Assembly (NCBI GenBank): GCA_030704615.1
Contig: CM060734.1
Span: 12,524,001 to 12,588,000 of the forward strand
DNA length: 64,000 nt
Origin: Takakia lepidozioides
Taxonomy: Eukaryota > Plantae > Bryophyta
Direction of reading: 5' to 3'
The notes under the pieces were generated by a model. The model worked only from the letters and a program-made list of their open reading frames with translations, did not search any database and was not told where the DNA came from. Within the stretch, counting starts at the first letter, position 1. Every line of letters begins with the position of its first letter. Positions 1 to 13,325 of the stretch are shown piece after piece. A program made the position numbers and the translations under genes.

Positions 1-1190
1 TGAATGGGGTCAGACTCTCCTGGCCCAAAGATGACATTGCATCATAGTTCGGCGCCGAACTGCAAACTAAAACATGGCTTAGGTTTGGGTCTTCTGGGCC
101 ACATACGAGTAGCGAGACAGTTCTGCGCTTGCAAAAAACAACATGAATGGAGGCGGACTCTTTGGCCCACACATGACTCAGCTGGATAGTTCAGCGCCGA
201 ACTGTAGACATTAGCATGGAATTGGGTGGACTCTCCTACCCAAAACATAATGTCGCCAGACAGTTTCGCACCGAACTGCAAAGTACAACATGAACTGCAA
301 TGCGGCTGCGGTGTGAATGAAACTCACCGAAGGTATTGCGTTGCCAAGCTGATGATACCTGTATCTCCACCAAGCGAACCAACTCTCCAGCCCTGGAAGG
401 TCGACCAACTGTGCTGCACCGCTACTTGTCCACCATGCTCGGAGAATCGCATATGCAGTATCGGCTGCATCTGGATCTTTTGGATCCTTCCACGCATTGC
501 AGAGGGTCATGTGCTGGACTCGGAAGCTATCTCTAATGTAATCGACTGTATGCTTTCTCAAACTTTGTGCCCAGTGGAATGAGCATGTTCTCTCCCTGTT
601 AGCCAGAGGAACATCCTTTCCCTCCGTGCCGTACACAAGACGAATCGTTGTCCAGTTGGCCCCCGCTCCATCCAACATGAAACCACGGGTGGACATTTCT
701 TTCCTGCCCGGGCCATCTGCTTGTGGATGGACTCCCAAAACAACATTTGCGCCTTCATGTCCCCTCCCTTCATGTCACAAATAACGATTGTTATGAGCTT
801 CTGATAATGCGGTTCATACACATGACAAGCAAGAGTACTCCACCCTTGAACTTGCTTCACATGATCAAACATGACCCATGAAGTCTCCAGTTCACCGCCT
901 ATGTTCATCATATCCACAAGATGCACCCCACTGCCTGATCCGCTGTTGGACATTTTGAAGAGGAAACAATGGTCGTCCTCGCCTCCCTGGCGAGGAAACC
1001 AGCTGGAGTGAATGAAATTGTAGCCGCAACTCTTCTTGAACGTGAGTATGTTGGTAAGCGCATCCGACTTGTGGCCTACCTTGATCTTCTCCCTCCGCAC
1101 CGAGTTCTTGAAATTAGGATTCAACATGGGAGAGGGCTTCCAGAAGTCCGTCCATCTTGTCGTCGTCCATTTTGTGCCTCTCTTCCCCAT
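1..1190 (-). pseudogene. Mutator-like (MULE) DDE transposase core, frameshifted
   Basis: ORFs 558-1190 and 211-738 join by a frameshift near 720: WVMFDHVKQVQGWSTLACHVY...CDM (first D), GFMLDGAGANW (second D), ERTCSFHW (MULE CxxH signature). Runs off the window start. Confidence 0.75.
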
Positions 1191-1418
1191 CTTTCGATAG
1201 CATGCAATCCAGGACGGGGGGTGCTAGTCCGTGAGCGGCTCACGTGAGCGGAAAGATGCGTGAGCGGGAAGATGCCAATCCGTGAGCGGAAAGATGCTCA
1301 CGTAATAGGGTGCATGGGCCTACAATCGCGGATGAGGAAGCCCCGGGAGACCTATTTCCGCGGGAATGAGTGTACATATCATGCGTACTTGGATGAATGT
1401 TGGATGAATAATGGATGA

Positions 1419-1811
1419 ATGATGGAGAATAGGGTCGCCCTCACCATGGCAACCCAGCACGAAGCTCACCACAATTACCTTGTGTCTATCCAAGACTCCA
1501 TCACCAAAAATCTTGGAGCTAATCTGGAAAACTTCTACAACCACACTAAGCTAGTATTGGACAAACTGCCTCCCCCCCTAGGGGTGTCTACACACGTCTC
1601 CCGCGGCACCATGGCGGATGTGCAGGGTAGAGGCCCCAGGCCCCTGGCTCTGATCAAGCTCCCGCTCTCTACTCCCCCAGGCTTCTTATCCGGGCCGACC
1701 ACCGTTGCCAAAGCGTCTCTCCAGCCGCTTCCTGACCCTGCGCCGCCCACGCACACCCACCACGCTCAGTTGACGAGCACTCTCATGCATGCCAACACGG
1801 ATAATGCCTAA
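1419..1811 (+). pseudogene. Possible C-terminal part of a LINE ORF1 (coiled-coil then Pro-rich)
   Basis: Same strand and C-rich bias as the LINE at 4200-7690, from which it is separated only by the TSD-flanked MULE at 1882-4190. No diagnostic motif. Confidence 0.3.
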
Positions 1812-1881
1812 GTCTACGACAAATTGCCACGGCCAAGTTCCTGCCAGTAGAACGCGCCAGCTCACTCTCCCTCTCTTAGTG

Positions 1882-4190
1882 GGGGGATGCTAGAGTGTGA
1901 GCCTACCACGCGAGCCCAGGAGCCTGTGAGCCCAAGAGCCTGAAGTGAGCCCAGTCCACGTGGCACGAGAATGGGAGAAGATGGAGGGTGTATTTCCGCA
2001 CATGAGCACCCATTACCGCGGAAACACGACAAACACGGCAAACACGACAAACCCCTAACCCTTAGCGAACTGCCATGTTCGTGAAGGGAAACAGGCTGGG
2101 AATTAAGGTGACGTCATTACCGCGGAAACACGGCAAACACGGCAAACCGGGGAAACGCTGCAAATCGTAACTCCAAACCCTAACCCTAACCCTTAGCGAA
2201 CTGCCATGTTCGTGGAGGGAAATAGGGTTGGGAATTAAGGGGGCGTCAGGCACATAAGAATTCAAAAATAAATTGAAAAAAAATAAGTTTTTTTCTTTTT
2301 TTTTTCCCCTGCATTTGGATAGACGTCGTCGATGATCATCGTGAAATCATGATCATGAAGCAATTGAGTGCGTTGACGCACTTAGTCCTCCGCGGGGGGG
2401 GGGGGGGAAGGAGAATATATATATATATATTAATTGCCCCCCCCCCCCCGCGCGACAACCGAGTACGTCAACACACTCAATTTCTTCATGATCGATGGTG
2501 TTGTGCAGGTCCGGATTTTCACCTTGGGTACCCGGCGAGTAAAGGGGGGGGGGGGGGGAAACAAAAACAAAAACTTTTTTTTTCTTGTTTTTTTTTTTTT
2601 TTTTCTTCCCCCCCGCACAGAACTGAGTGCGTCAACGCACTCAATTTCTTCATGATCATGATTTCAAGATGATCATCGACGACATCGACGACAGTGTTGT
2701 GTGGGTCCGGATTTTCACCCCGGGTACCCGGCGGGTTGGGGAAGGGGGGGAAGGGCGGGGGGGGGGGGGGGAAATAAATAAAAATAAAAAATAAAAAATC
2801 TTGTTTTTTCTTTTTTCTGTATAGAATTGAGTGCATCAACACACTCAATTTCTTCATGATCATGTTTTCAGGATGATCATCGACGATAGTGTTGTACGGG
2901 TCCGGATTTTCACCTTGGATACCCGGCGGGTTAGGGTCAGCGTTTTTTTATTGGTGATTTTTCGCCATTTGGCCGCCTGAAAATCCCCTTGGCGAATGAA
3001 ACAAATGGAAAAAAAGTCCAAATAAGGCAGTTTTCGCCAAAAACTGGAGGTCTCAAAAATGTCCTCGCCTGTGGATCCATGAATGTAGCCATGGCGGGCC
3101 CCATACAGGATGATCTGATGGGCCAGATGAGGAGTGGGTTGAGGATTGTGGGGCCTCCTCCGTTTCCCATCCCAAGGAGATGCTCGTCGCCAGTCTTGCG
3201 AGAACTATACACCTCATTTGCACCAATTAGCCTATGGTTTTCACATAGAATAGAAAAAGTTCCATTCGTCCTATGGTTTTTAACTATTTCTGTCCTTCAC
3301 CTTCTATTGCTCATCAACATCCATTTGATTCGCAAAATATGGCAAGGGTGGAAATACATGTAACCTACCAATTCGAGGAGAATTACCTAGAATGGGCCAC
3401 TTGCACTAGCCTACACCCAATATATATAGCCACTCCTACTCCTTTTCAAAATCCCTAAAACAAACCCTGGTTAGGGTCCGGGTTACCTATCCGGATCCAG
3501 ACCCGTGCCATCACCAAAAACTCAGACCCTGTCCCGGGTTCATTTTTAAAATGCACCCGAAACCGGACCCGGACCCGCCATCTAGGTCCAGAACCCGTTA
3601 AAGCCGCTACTCGCAGGCCAGAGTTGGTATAGCCATCTTCCCTAGTTCACTAGTTGACTTTCTAGAGAGTTCTACTTTCTAGATAGTTCTACTATTGACG
3701 GTGGGTTGAAAAGCAACTCACTAGTGGGTGTGGCTGCTGCAGGAGTATACTTATAAGAACAGTGACTAGAGAAGGTTGGGGCTTGGTGAGAGTGGGGCCA
3801 GGTGGGATCGCGGCTTAGGGCTCGTCTTCAAGGTGGAGTGCTTGGGGCTGGTGAAGGGTGGGACCAGCTGCGTGAAGTGCTTGGGGGTGGGAGTGTTTGG
3901 GGTTGACGAAGTAGGGCTGGGGGAATTGGGTCGATCGTTGTGCTTCTAAAGTGGACTCAATATTGCCGTGTTTGCCGTATATTACCGTGTTTGCCGTGTT
4001 TGGAAGTTTTGCCGTGTTCACCTCTTCTTCCAAAATATACGTTTCCACGGTAATAGGACCCCCTCTAAACCCTGTCCTCGGTTATAGGACTTGCTTCTCC
4101 CTCCTCTAAACCCTGGGCTCACGCTTAGAGGGCAAAGCGTGAGCCGAGCTCCTGGGCTCACGCGGCTAGGCTCACGCCGTAGCTACGCTC
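1882..4190. mobile_element. Non-autonomous MULE with long imperfect TIRs and 9-bp TSD
   Basis: CTCTTAGTG at 1873-1881 and 4191-4199. Left end GGGGGATGCTAGAGTGTGAGCCTACCACGCGAGCCCAGGAGC aligns with the reverse complement of the right end (GAGCGTAGCTACGGCGTGAGCCTAGCCGCGTGAGCCCAGGAGC). AAACACGGC repeats (~2020-2150) mirror GCCGTGTTT repeats (~3960-4020). Confidence 0.85.
2320..2935. repeat. Internal direct/inverted repeats with a TTGAGTGCGTCAACGCACTCAA palindrome and G/C/A/T homopolymer runs
   Basis: Palindrome variants at ~2362, 2460, 2623, 2825; GGGTCCGGATTTTCACC three times. Confidence 0.75.
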
Positions 4191-4199
4191 CTCTTAGTG

Positions 4200-7100
4200 C
4201 TCACACAACTTCTCTCTCTCACGTTTTGCCACAACCACTTTGTAATTCTCAATTCCCAATATGCAATGTTGTGATCTCTTCTCTACTCCCTTGCTCTTCC
4301 CCACACTTGTTCAAAGCACCCCCCTACTCCACCCCCCCCCCCCCCCTTTTTCCCCTGTCGCGATTCAATGCTGCCATTGCATGCGTGATGAGCATTCTGG
4401 ACCACCTGCAATCCATGACGCAAAGTACCACGACCGGGTCCCTACCAACATACCTTGCACTACCCGCTCTCTCAACCACTACTCCCCACATAACATCCGG
4501 TGCAATGCATGGTTTCCCCACTGTTTGTTCCCCATTAACATACACAACTACACCCCCACGCCCCGCCTCTTCCTGCCACCCTCTCACATCCTTCGCCATC
4601 GCCCCAGAGTGAGCAGCTTTCCACTCCCTGCCCACCCTGCCTTGCCCATCACAGTAACCCATCACCTGCCCTGCTCCTGGCACGTGGCCGATGATCATAC
4701 GCGCCACATAACCCCTATTCAAAAATCCCAATCATTCCGCCTGGATAGTCCGTGGCACCTTAACCGTCATTTCCCCCACTCAAGAATGCCCTCATCAACA
4801 CTCATCCTTACCCCCATTCATCCAACCACGCAACTCATCCCCCCTGACCCTGACCCTACTTCCATCCAGATCCCGGCACCTCATTCCACCCATACCACCC
4901 TACAGCCGCCTACTCTACCCTCTCCCCCTAGCCACCATCCTCCTCTAACACCCCCGCCCTTTCCCATTCAACCGCCCCACCAGCCACCTCCCTACCCCCG
5001 GATCCCAAACCCCAAGTGTGTACCTTGGGCTCTTATACATACCTCCTCCACCCACTCAATCTCTTCCCAACACTCCACCCCCTTTCCAATCCACCACACC
5101 ATTACACTAATTATCCAGCAGCTCTTTAAACCCCCGCCAGCCACTCTTAAACCCCGCCATGGATCCCAAACCCCACCCTCCATGTACTCCCCCCGAGGTC
5201 GATATCCCCTAGATAAGTCAAAACACTTTTATCATCACCCCCCCAAACCAAACAACCTATACACGGACATCTGCCTGACCCTCCTACTTCTCCATTGTGG
5301 GGACATACATCCAAATCCCGGACCTTCTACCCTCGAGGAAATCATCAGCGAATCCCCCATTGATGCACGATACAGATATGCATTATACTTCCAGCCGAAC
5401 ACCGTGTCACTAATGCATAACTATCGACATATCACCAACCGCTTTGCTCCCTTCTTCCCCCGCGACCCATCCACACACCACCCACCAATAGCCCATGTTA
5501 CAACCTTTGGACTCCCCACTAATCCTTGCCCAGCGCTATCTAAAACCCTACAAAACCTCCAAGCATTTCCACAGTCCCACCTTCTATTTGCTCTCATAAT
5601 ACTCATCTCTCCCTTGCCGGATACATGTAACTGTTTTCTTCACTCCCACTCTTCATCCCTCCTCCGTCCCTTCCTTTCACAACTACAAGACCTACCCCCG
5701 CACCCCCATAACTACTTAGCACCGCCGCACCCCCTACACACCATCCACTCCTCCTTAAATCTTCTGCAGTCCCACCCAAGTACAATTCATAAAGCCCTCG
5801 GAGCCCACCTGGCTACCATCACCACCCTAGATCCGGACGCCACCGCAACCACTCAAAAATTCCCATTCCTCTCCAAAGACATCCTCTTAGCCATTCTAAG
5901 AGCCACCACCCCCCCTTCCGAGCTTCTCCCCATCCCAGCCACCTAACCCACCCACCCACCCCCCCCCCCCCCCCCTATCACTACCCACTCCGCCTCACCA
6001 GCCTCTCTGCCCACCACTAGCAGTAGCTCCCTTAATATCACCTCCTGGAATGTAGGCTCCCTAGCTACCAGTATACAGAGCCTCGTCCACCTCATCACTG
6101 ACTCCCGCCCCCACATCATCCTACTACAAGAAACCAAACTGCATACCAGTAACACTAATAGCTCATACATTAACAAACTTCTCCCGGACTAGTACTTGTT
6201 ATACAACAACCCACTCACTGCACCACAATGCCTCCTCAGGCACTTAGCACCTTATAAACCCACAAGAGGTGGGGTGGCATTTGGCATCCTGCGCTCGCAC
6301 CACTCCCCTAGCTCCACCACTAAGATAACCATACCCATCCATCTTCGCTCCCACCTCCAAATCCTACACCTTCACCCCCCGGCCCTCTGCCCTATTCTAC
6401 TCATTCATCTCTACATGCCATCCCACACCAAGGACCTCTCATCCATCCCTGAAATTCTCAGTACCATATCCGCGGCACTTACTCACCCCACACATCAACA
6501 TGACCACGTCATAATGGCCGGGGACTTCAACAGAGATGTTGCACTCCTAGGGCACACTTTCAATGGCACGCACCGACCACCATCCCAAGCTGACCGAGAC
6601 TGGGCCCAATTCACCTCCCATCATCACCTCGCATATATCACCTCAGACCACCATTATTCTAGACAAGGTACCCTCAATTATTCCTCACTAAGCCTCATTG
6701 ATGGATTCTACCTACGTACCAGCGAGGCCATCCCTCCTCACTTGCAAAGCCATGTACATATTGATAGCCTATGTAATTCCAACCACTACCCGATCTCCCT
6801 TACCCTCCCACCATCACTCATCCCCTTTCGACCAGTTCCCATCACGCAGGCACCACCCCTTCAACCACGTCCCCTCTCCCCTTTACCCTATAGTAATATA
6901 GCCGCAATCAAATCCCATTTTCACCCAGCCGCATCCGCCTTAATGCTCACCCTCTTGCACACCCTATCCGACTCGAACCTTTCCCAACACCCGGAAACCA
7001 TGTGGCTTGCAGCTGAACGTACCCTCATATCCATCCTACAACTCATGACCACCAGCGTGCTCGCCACTTGCTCCGCTCCCCCGGAACTCCCTCAAACCCC

Positions 7101-7690
7101 CCGTTCACATCAAAACGGGGGCTACCTTACACGCACTCAAAAGCGCGAGTGGACCTCCTATCTCAACACATACCACACCATATGTCGCGCCCTCACGATT
7201 ATCCCCAGCACACCACCACCCCACTCAACAACTGGTCCACCGATCGCCGTATCTTGTGCTTAAACGCTATCCCCCTCTGCCAACCACTTCTACCCCCATC
7301 GTCCGACCCCACAGCCATACCCAGCTGGATTGCTACCCTAGCCAAAATCGGCAGGGATGCAAAGAAGGCCGCATATAACATCACCAAACAAAAAGCCACT
7401 GCCAATCACAAGAAATTTGTCTCATCCTTCGGGAAACTTTTACGTGATCACCCTAAGTGCGCCCACAAAGCCATCTCCAACCCTGCCCTCAACCCCCTAT
7501 CGACTGCCTCAGACACCGACATGGCCACCTCGTAACCCAACCGGACGATATTAAGAATGAAATCTGGGCGCAAGCCTCAGCCTCCTACACACCCACATCC
7601 AAGCACTGCCTCCACCCCAACAAACATACTAACGGCTGCTTATGTAGTGTCAAACACTACCCTTGGCATGACATCGACGGATTCTCACAT
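4200..7690 (+). mobile_element. LINE 5' ORF2 fragment: 2A-like motif and APE endonuclease, 3'-truncated before RT
   Basis: LLLLHCGDIHPNPGP at 5281-5325. APE motifs LNITSWNVGSL (6031), IILLQETK, RGGVA, IMAGDFN, SLIDGF, SNHYPI. Stops and frameshifts at ~5946, 6190, ~7210. Confidence 0.85.
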
Positions 7691-8249
7691 TGGCAGTATC
7701 ATGTCAAAGTCACTCCAAACTATTTAAGGTTCACTCAACCAGCTAACTTGCAGAATTCAACATTTAGCGGCCGATTTTGATCAGAGGGAAAAACAAGGTG
7801 AAACGTGTTGAAGAAGGTGCCTTCATGAGCAGTGCCTGATTTTATCAATCGTGCCGATGCTGCTGCGGCTTCCAGATGATCATCTACCCATGCAGGTTTC
7901 TTGTAGTTATCCTTCCACAGGGAGTCATAGGTGATCTTAAGCTTCAAATCCGGCCCTTTTGGATGAATCAAAACCCACACTCCATCCCTGCTCCTTCAGC
8001 TATCCATGCCTCTGCTCAAATCATGCATACATCATTGCCTTGTTGTTAGAAACTGACAATGACAGCCTAGAATTCATGCAGCAAACACGACACCACATCT
8101 CATTCAGCCATATCACCCAAACCCAGAATTAGGACAGCATTCTGATTCCATCCACTGTCACCAAAGTCAGTCCAATATCACCCCTTCAGTCAAGTGCAAT
8201 TATGGGCTGTCTTCCCACCTATGCTGAGTAGAACCCACTATCATTTCCC

Positions 8250-10890
8250 GTGGATATGCCAAAACCAATGGCTAGCTTCTCATTGTGGTGGCAAAGATAA
8301 AATTCCCTTTTCCTCCTCCCCCACATCATGCAATACAAAGCGCCTGTCAGGCATATACCCCGCCTCCTTCATCTTCCTAGCCAATCTTCTCAACTCAGCA
8401 TGGATTTCCTTAATTCTGGGATGCAACTTGTCATCTACAACGAAGGTGTGCACCCTGTTGCCAACCTCAATGCAGCAGCGACCTGGCTCGTTTCTAACCC
8501 CTTGGACCTTCATCATTGTTCTCACCTTTGCAGTATCATCCCACCTGCCAGCTGCAGCATAGATGTTTGAGAGCAACACATAAGTCGCGGCATCCTGTTC
8601 AGCCCACATGCTCAGATAGATGTTGTTGCACGTTCAGCCATCTCCACATTGCCATGGATTCTGCAGACACCAAGCAAGACCTTCCACACCACAACACCTG
8701 AATTTATGGGCATTTTATTAATCATGTCCACTGCCTCATCCGGTTGTCCCTCACATCCAAGAAGGTCCATCATGCAGCCAGAGTGCTTTACTGTCGGAGT
8801 GACACCATGATCTTGACTCAGGGAATCAAAGTAGCATCTTCCTTCATTCAGTAGGCTAGCGTGGCTGCATGCAGAGAGAACACATATAAAGGTGATATTG
8901 CTCGGCTTCAAGCCGTTCTCTTGCATTCCTTCAAATAGTTGCACGACCTCCAGGCTATGACAACCATGTTGTGCATATCCTGCGATCATCGCATTCCATG
9001 ACACCACATCTCGTTCAGCCATATTGTCGAACACTCCCTTTGCATCCTCCATGCACCCACATTTGGCATACATGTCCACCAGGGTAGTGTTCACGATCAC
9101 ATCTGGTAAAATTCCATCTCTGACGATGTCGCCATGCACCTCTTCGCCCTTCTACAGGGCTGCCAGGCTTGCACACGTACTGCAAACGCACACAAACATG
9201 ATGTGGTCGGGCTTCACCCCGTCGCACATCATATGCTCATAGGTCTCCAAAGCCTCCATCCCATGTCCCTGCTGTGCATACCCTGCAAGCATCGCACTCC
9301 ATGACACCACATCTCGTTCAGCCATAGTGTTGAACACTCCCTTTGCATCCTCGATGCACCCTCATTTTGCAAACATGTCCACCAGGGTCTTGTTCAGAAT
9401 GACATCTGGTACAATTCCAGCTCTGAAGATGTCGCCATGCACCTCTTTCCCCTTTTCCAGAGCTGCCAGGGCAGTGTTCAGATTGACATTTGGTACAATT
9501 CTAGCTTTGATTATATCCCCGTGCACCTCTTTGCTCTTCTCCAGGGCTGCCAGGCTTGCACAAGCATTGCAAATGCACACAAACATGATGTGCTTCCCCC
9601 ATAGGTCTCCAAAGCCTCCATCCCACGTCCTTGTTATGCATACCCTGCAAGCATCGCACTCCACGACACCACATCTCGTTCAACCATAATGTCGAACACT
9701 CCCTTTGCATCCTAGATGCACCCACATTTTGCAAACATGTCCACCAGGGTATTGTTCAGAATGACATCTGGTACAATTCGCCATGCACCTCTTTTCCTTT
9801 TCCAGAGCTGCCAGGGCAGTGTTTAGAATGACATTTGGTACAATTCCAGCTTTGATGATATCCCCATGCACCTCTTTGCCCTTCTCCAGGGCTGCTAGGC
9901 TTGCACAAACATTGCAAATGCACACAACCATGATGTGCTTCCCCCATCATTTGCTCATAGGTCTCCAAAGCCTCTATCCCACGTCCCTGTTGTGCATACC
10001 CTGCAAGCATCGCACTCCACGACACCACATCTGGTTCAACCATAGTGTCGAGCACTCCCTTTGCATCCTAGATGCACCCACATTTTGCAAACATGTCCAC
10101 CAGGGTATTGTTCAGAATGACATCTGGTACAATTCCAGCTCTGAAGATGTCGCCATGGACCTCTTTCCCCTTTTCCAGAGCTGCCAAGGCAGTGTTTAGA
10201 ATGACATTTGGTACAATTCCAGCTTTGACGATATCCCCATGCACCTCTTTGCCCTTCTCCAGGGCTGCCAGGCTTGCACAAGCATTGCAAATGCACACAA
10301 CCATGATGTGCTTCCCCCATCATTCGCTCATAGGTCTCCAAAGCCTCCATCCCACGCCCCTGCTGTGCATACCCTCCAAGCATCACACTCCACGACACCA
10401 CATCTGGTTCAGCCATAGTGTCGAGCACTCTCTTTGCATCCTAGATGCACCCACATTTTGCAAACATGTCCACCAGGGTATTGTCCAGAATGACATCTGG
10501 TACAATTCCAGCTCTGAAGATGTCGCCATGGACCTCTTTCCCCTTTTCTAGAGCTGCCAGGGTAGTGTTTAGAATGACATTTGGTACAATTCCAACTTTG
10601 ACGATATCCCCATGCACCTCTTTGCCCTTCTCTAGGGCTGCCAGGCTTGCACGACGCCACATCCTGTTCAGCCATAGTGTTGAACACTCCCTTTGCATCC
10701 TAGATGCACCCACATTTTTGCAAACATGTCCACTAGGGTATTGTTCCGAATGACATCTGGTACAATTCCAGCCAGGGCAGTGTTTAGAATGACATTTGGT
10801 ACCATTCCAGCTTTGATGATATCCCCGTGCACCTCTTTGCCCTTCTCCAGGGCTGCCAGGCTTGCACAAGCATTGCAAATGCACACAAAC
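8250..10890 (-). pseudogene. PLS-class PPR RNA-editing factor pseudogene with E/E+ and truncated DYW domain
   Basis: P-L-S motifs (DVVSWNAMIAGYAQHG, TFICVLSACSH, NTLVDMYAKCG), E domain (VVWKVLLGVCRIHGNVEMAE; YVLLSNIYAAAGRWDD), PG box (EPGRCCIEV...HTFVVDD), GYMPD. After a frameshift HHNEKLAIGFG (~8260-8290). The CxxC and DYW terminus are missing; many frameshifts. Confidence 0.92.
9330..10890 (-). repeat. Tandem amplification of a corrupted PLS unit (~260-373 bp, about 5 copies)
   Basis: ATGCACCCACATTTTGCAAACATGTCCAC recurs at ~9354, 9716, 10072, 10445, 10704. Units share the same internal duplication and frameshifts. Confidence 0.85.
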
Positions 10891-13325
10891 TGGAGGGTGA
10901 TACTCAGAATGTTAGTGACAACTTTATGGAGTCCGATGGGGATCCGGATGACGACTACTAGTCCGTTGGTATGGCTTTTGAGACCTTATGAGTTATCCCT
11001 TTCTGTATGATGATCTTTGGTGTGAATGCTATTTAGTCATGATTGAACTCATGATCGATTCTGATTATCTGCATGTTGGAGCATAAGTCAAAGAGATGAG
11101 CAAGACGTAATTTACGGGTTGTTGTAACAACTCCAATTGAATTTTAGGCTCAATGCAATCTTCCCTTCATTTTTCTTAGTCTTTTTCTGGTGAGGCATCT
11201 TCAAGGCATCCTTAAAACTGGGGTCAATTCAATGCTGCCATGTCTATTTTCAAACCCTTACTTGGTTAGTTGGGCAGTAGCAGAGGTCATTTCAGAGACA
11301 TCTACAACTGAATCCAAGCTGTTGATAAAATGGCTGAGCTGGACATACTTGAATAACCTTAAAAGTAAAAAATGTTGCCACTATTTGTCTTCATAAAATG
11401 ATTTTTAAGTGGATCTGGATCTTGAGCTAATCAATTTCAGGGTTCTTTCACTAAGGTTTGGCTGTTGGGGTTCCTTGGTGCTGACCTCTCCCTGGATTCT
11501 CAACCCCAAAGGTGAGGGAAAGTTTGCCCCAATCAGCCCTCCTTTTTCTTTTTTTTTTGGGTGCAGGGTGGGGTGGGGCGCCGGAGAGGTTGGATGAGAG
11601 GAAACCCTGTAATTTTCATTCAGAAGTCATTCTAAAGCTGATTTGCGGCAGGTTACGTGGAAAAGTTAGCCCCACCCTCGGGAGCTGTTCCAACGAGTCA
11701 TATGCACGAATCTCATCAGCTGCCAGGTAACATTGGATAGGCAATATATCCATTCTAGTGGGAAGAAAAGTATGCAGTGTCCAACGCTTCTTTTAGCATG
11801 AGAGAGGGTCATAAAGTACCTTGAAGCATTCATTGGAACCTTCATTGTGGGTGCTTTAGAAGGAAATCTGTAAGTTGGGCATGCGAGCACTGCTCTTTTG
11901 CATCGAGCAGAGATTCCAGGTTTTTCTAAGAATGATATGTATGTTTGAGGCATATTTTCTCGGTGTATTCAATGAAAGACGCCCATGTCCAGATGAATAT
12001 CTGTCACAATGAACCAGAGAATTCACGTACGTTCATAAATGGTTTTTCTTCCCACTGGTTTCACGAGGTAGGCAGCCTAGTTCATCTTTGTTGGGAAATG
12101 TCACCTTTTCATGCATCTCATGACTCAAGGGTTGGTTTTGGCAGCTGAAGCAAGAGCTATGCAATATGACAATAGCCGGTGCTGCAGCTGTGGATGCCTA
12201 TTGTTTCCTTGTCCTTTATCTGGAGGTGTGCCTTCTTTTTGCCTCGTTACTTGAAAATTGTTACTGAAATGAAAATGTTGCTAGAGCTGTCCAAGAAGAA
12301 CATCATCACAGTTTTACAAAATGATTGATACTTGGTGAGGGACTGCAAAATTGGCATACGAAGTAGTGACTTGCAGAAGTTGCTTGAGAAGACATTTCGT
12401 GGCAGCAGCATCTCTCTCTCATCCCCACGCCTATCCATCCCTGCTAGCCTATATGCTCTGTGGGCTTTGTCTTGTCACTTGGCTGGAACATCTGACTAAA
12501 AATACAGTTCCGGCTACTATCACTATCAGGGAACCAAGGGGTTGTGGAAGCCATGTTGAAGACCATTGGAAAGGTATAGTTTCGACGAATACTCATAAGT
12601 GCAATGACTTTTAATGCTTGATCCTCACAAAGTTCAGTTTTTACTTTCCTTCAAGGGGGATCGCCTTTGTTGTTGACCTGGACAAGAAGCATGCAGCTGA
12701 GAATTTGCTGAATAGCCTTACAACTCATCACAGAAACTTGCTTCCTCAGGTCAGCTTTCTGACGTTATCTCAATTCTCATCTTTGACTGTTCTTTTGGTA
12801 GTGACCCCAAATGCAGTCCCTCCCATGTCCACAAAATGCTTAGTTTGCTTCTCCTCTCAATCTTCCATACCTTTTTGACATTATATTTTCTGAAGATTCC
12901 TTGGCCCCCAAGGCTTAGTGGATTTAACAGTATTGTCCATCTTGGATCCTATGTGAGTCAAACGTCATATGTGTGTTGTCTATGTTGTTGCAGATGACAC
13001 GCATGCTGCAACACACTACTGCAACACCACCCTGACACCCAGAAGCGCAGCCTCGGTGTTCGCACATACAAGGTGTTCCAGGATACGTAGAGTAGTACAT
13101 CCGCTGTGTCTGCGATGGACCAGTTCATGTAATTGGATTATCAAACAATGTCACAGATGAGAGGTCTCCCAATTAGAGCTAAAAAATGCAGACCCGTCAT
13201 GTGCCTCCCTACCTTCGGGTTGGCCCACTCTGCTCTTGTAATGTTTCAGTGGCTTAGAACGGGGTTTTGTTTTCCAACCTCAAGGCCCAGTCGCTGCCTG
13301 GGGCTAGTGTTTCCTTGGAAACCTT

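Noticed and set aside
2050-2195. Interstitial telomere (CCCTAA x2-3)
   Set aside because: Only 2-3 units inside a MULE subterminal region; too short to support.
10890-13325. Possible decayed coding sequence; likewise 33480-35780 and 43600-44600
   Set aside because: No motif I can identify with confidence; left unannotated.
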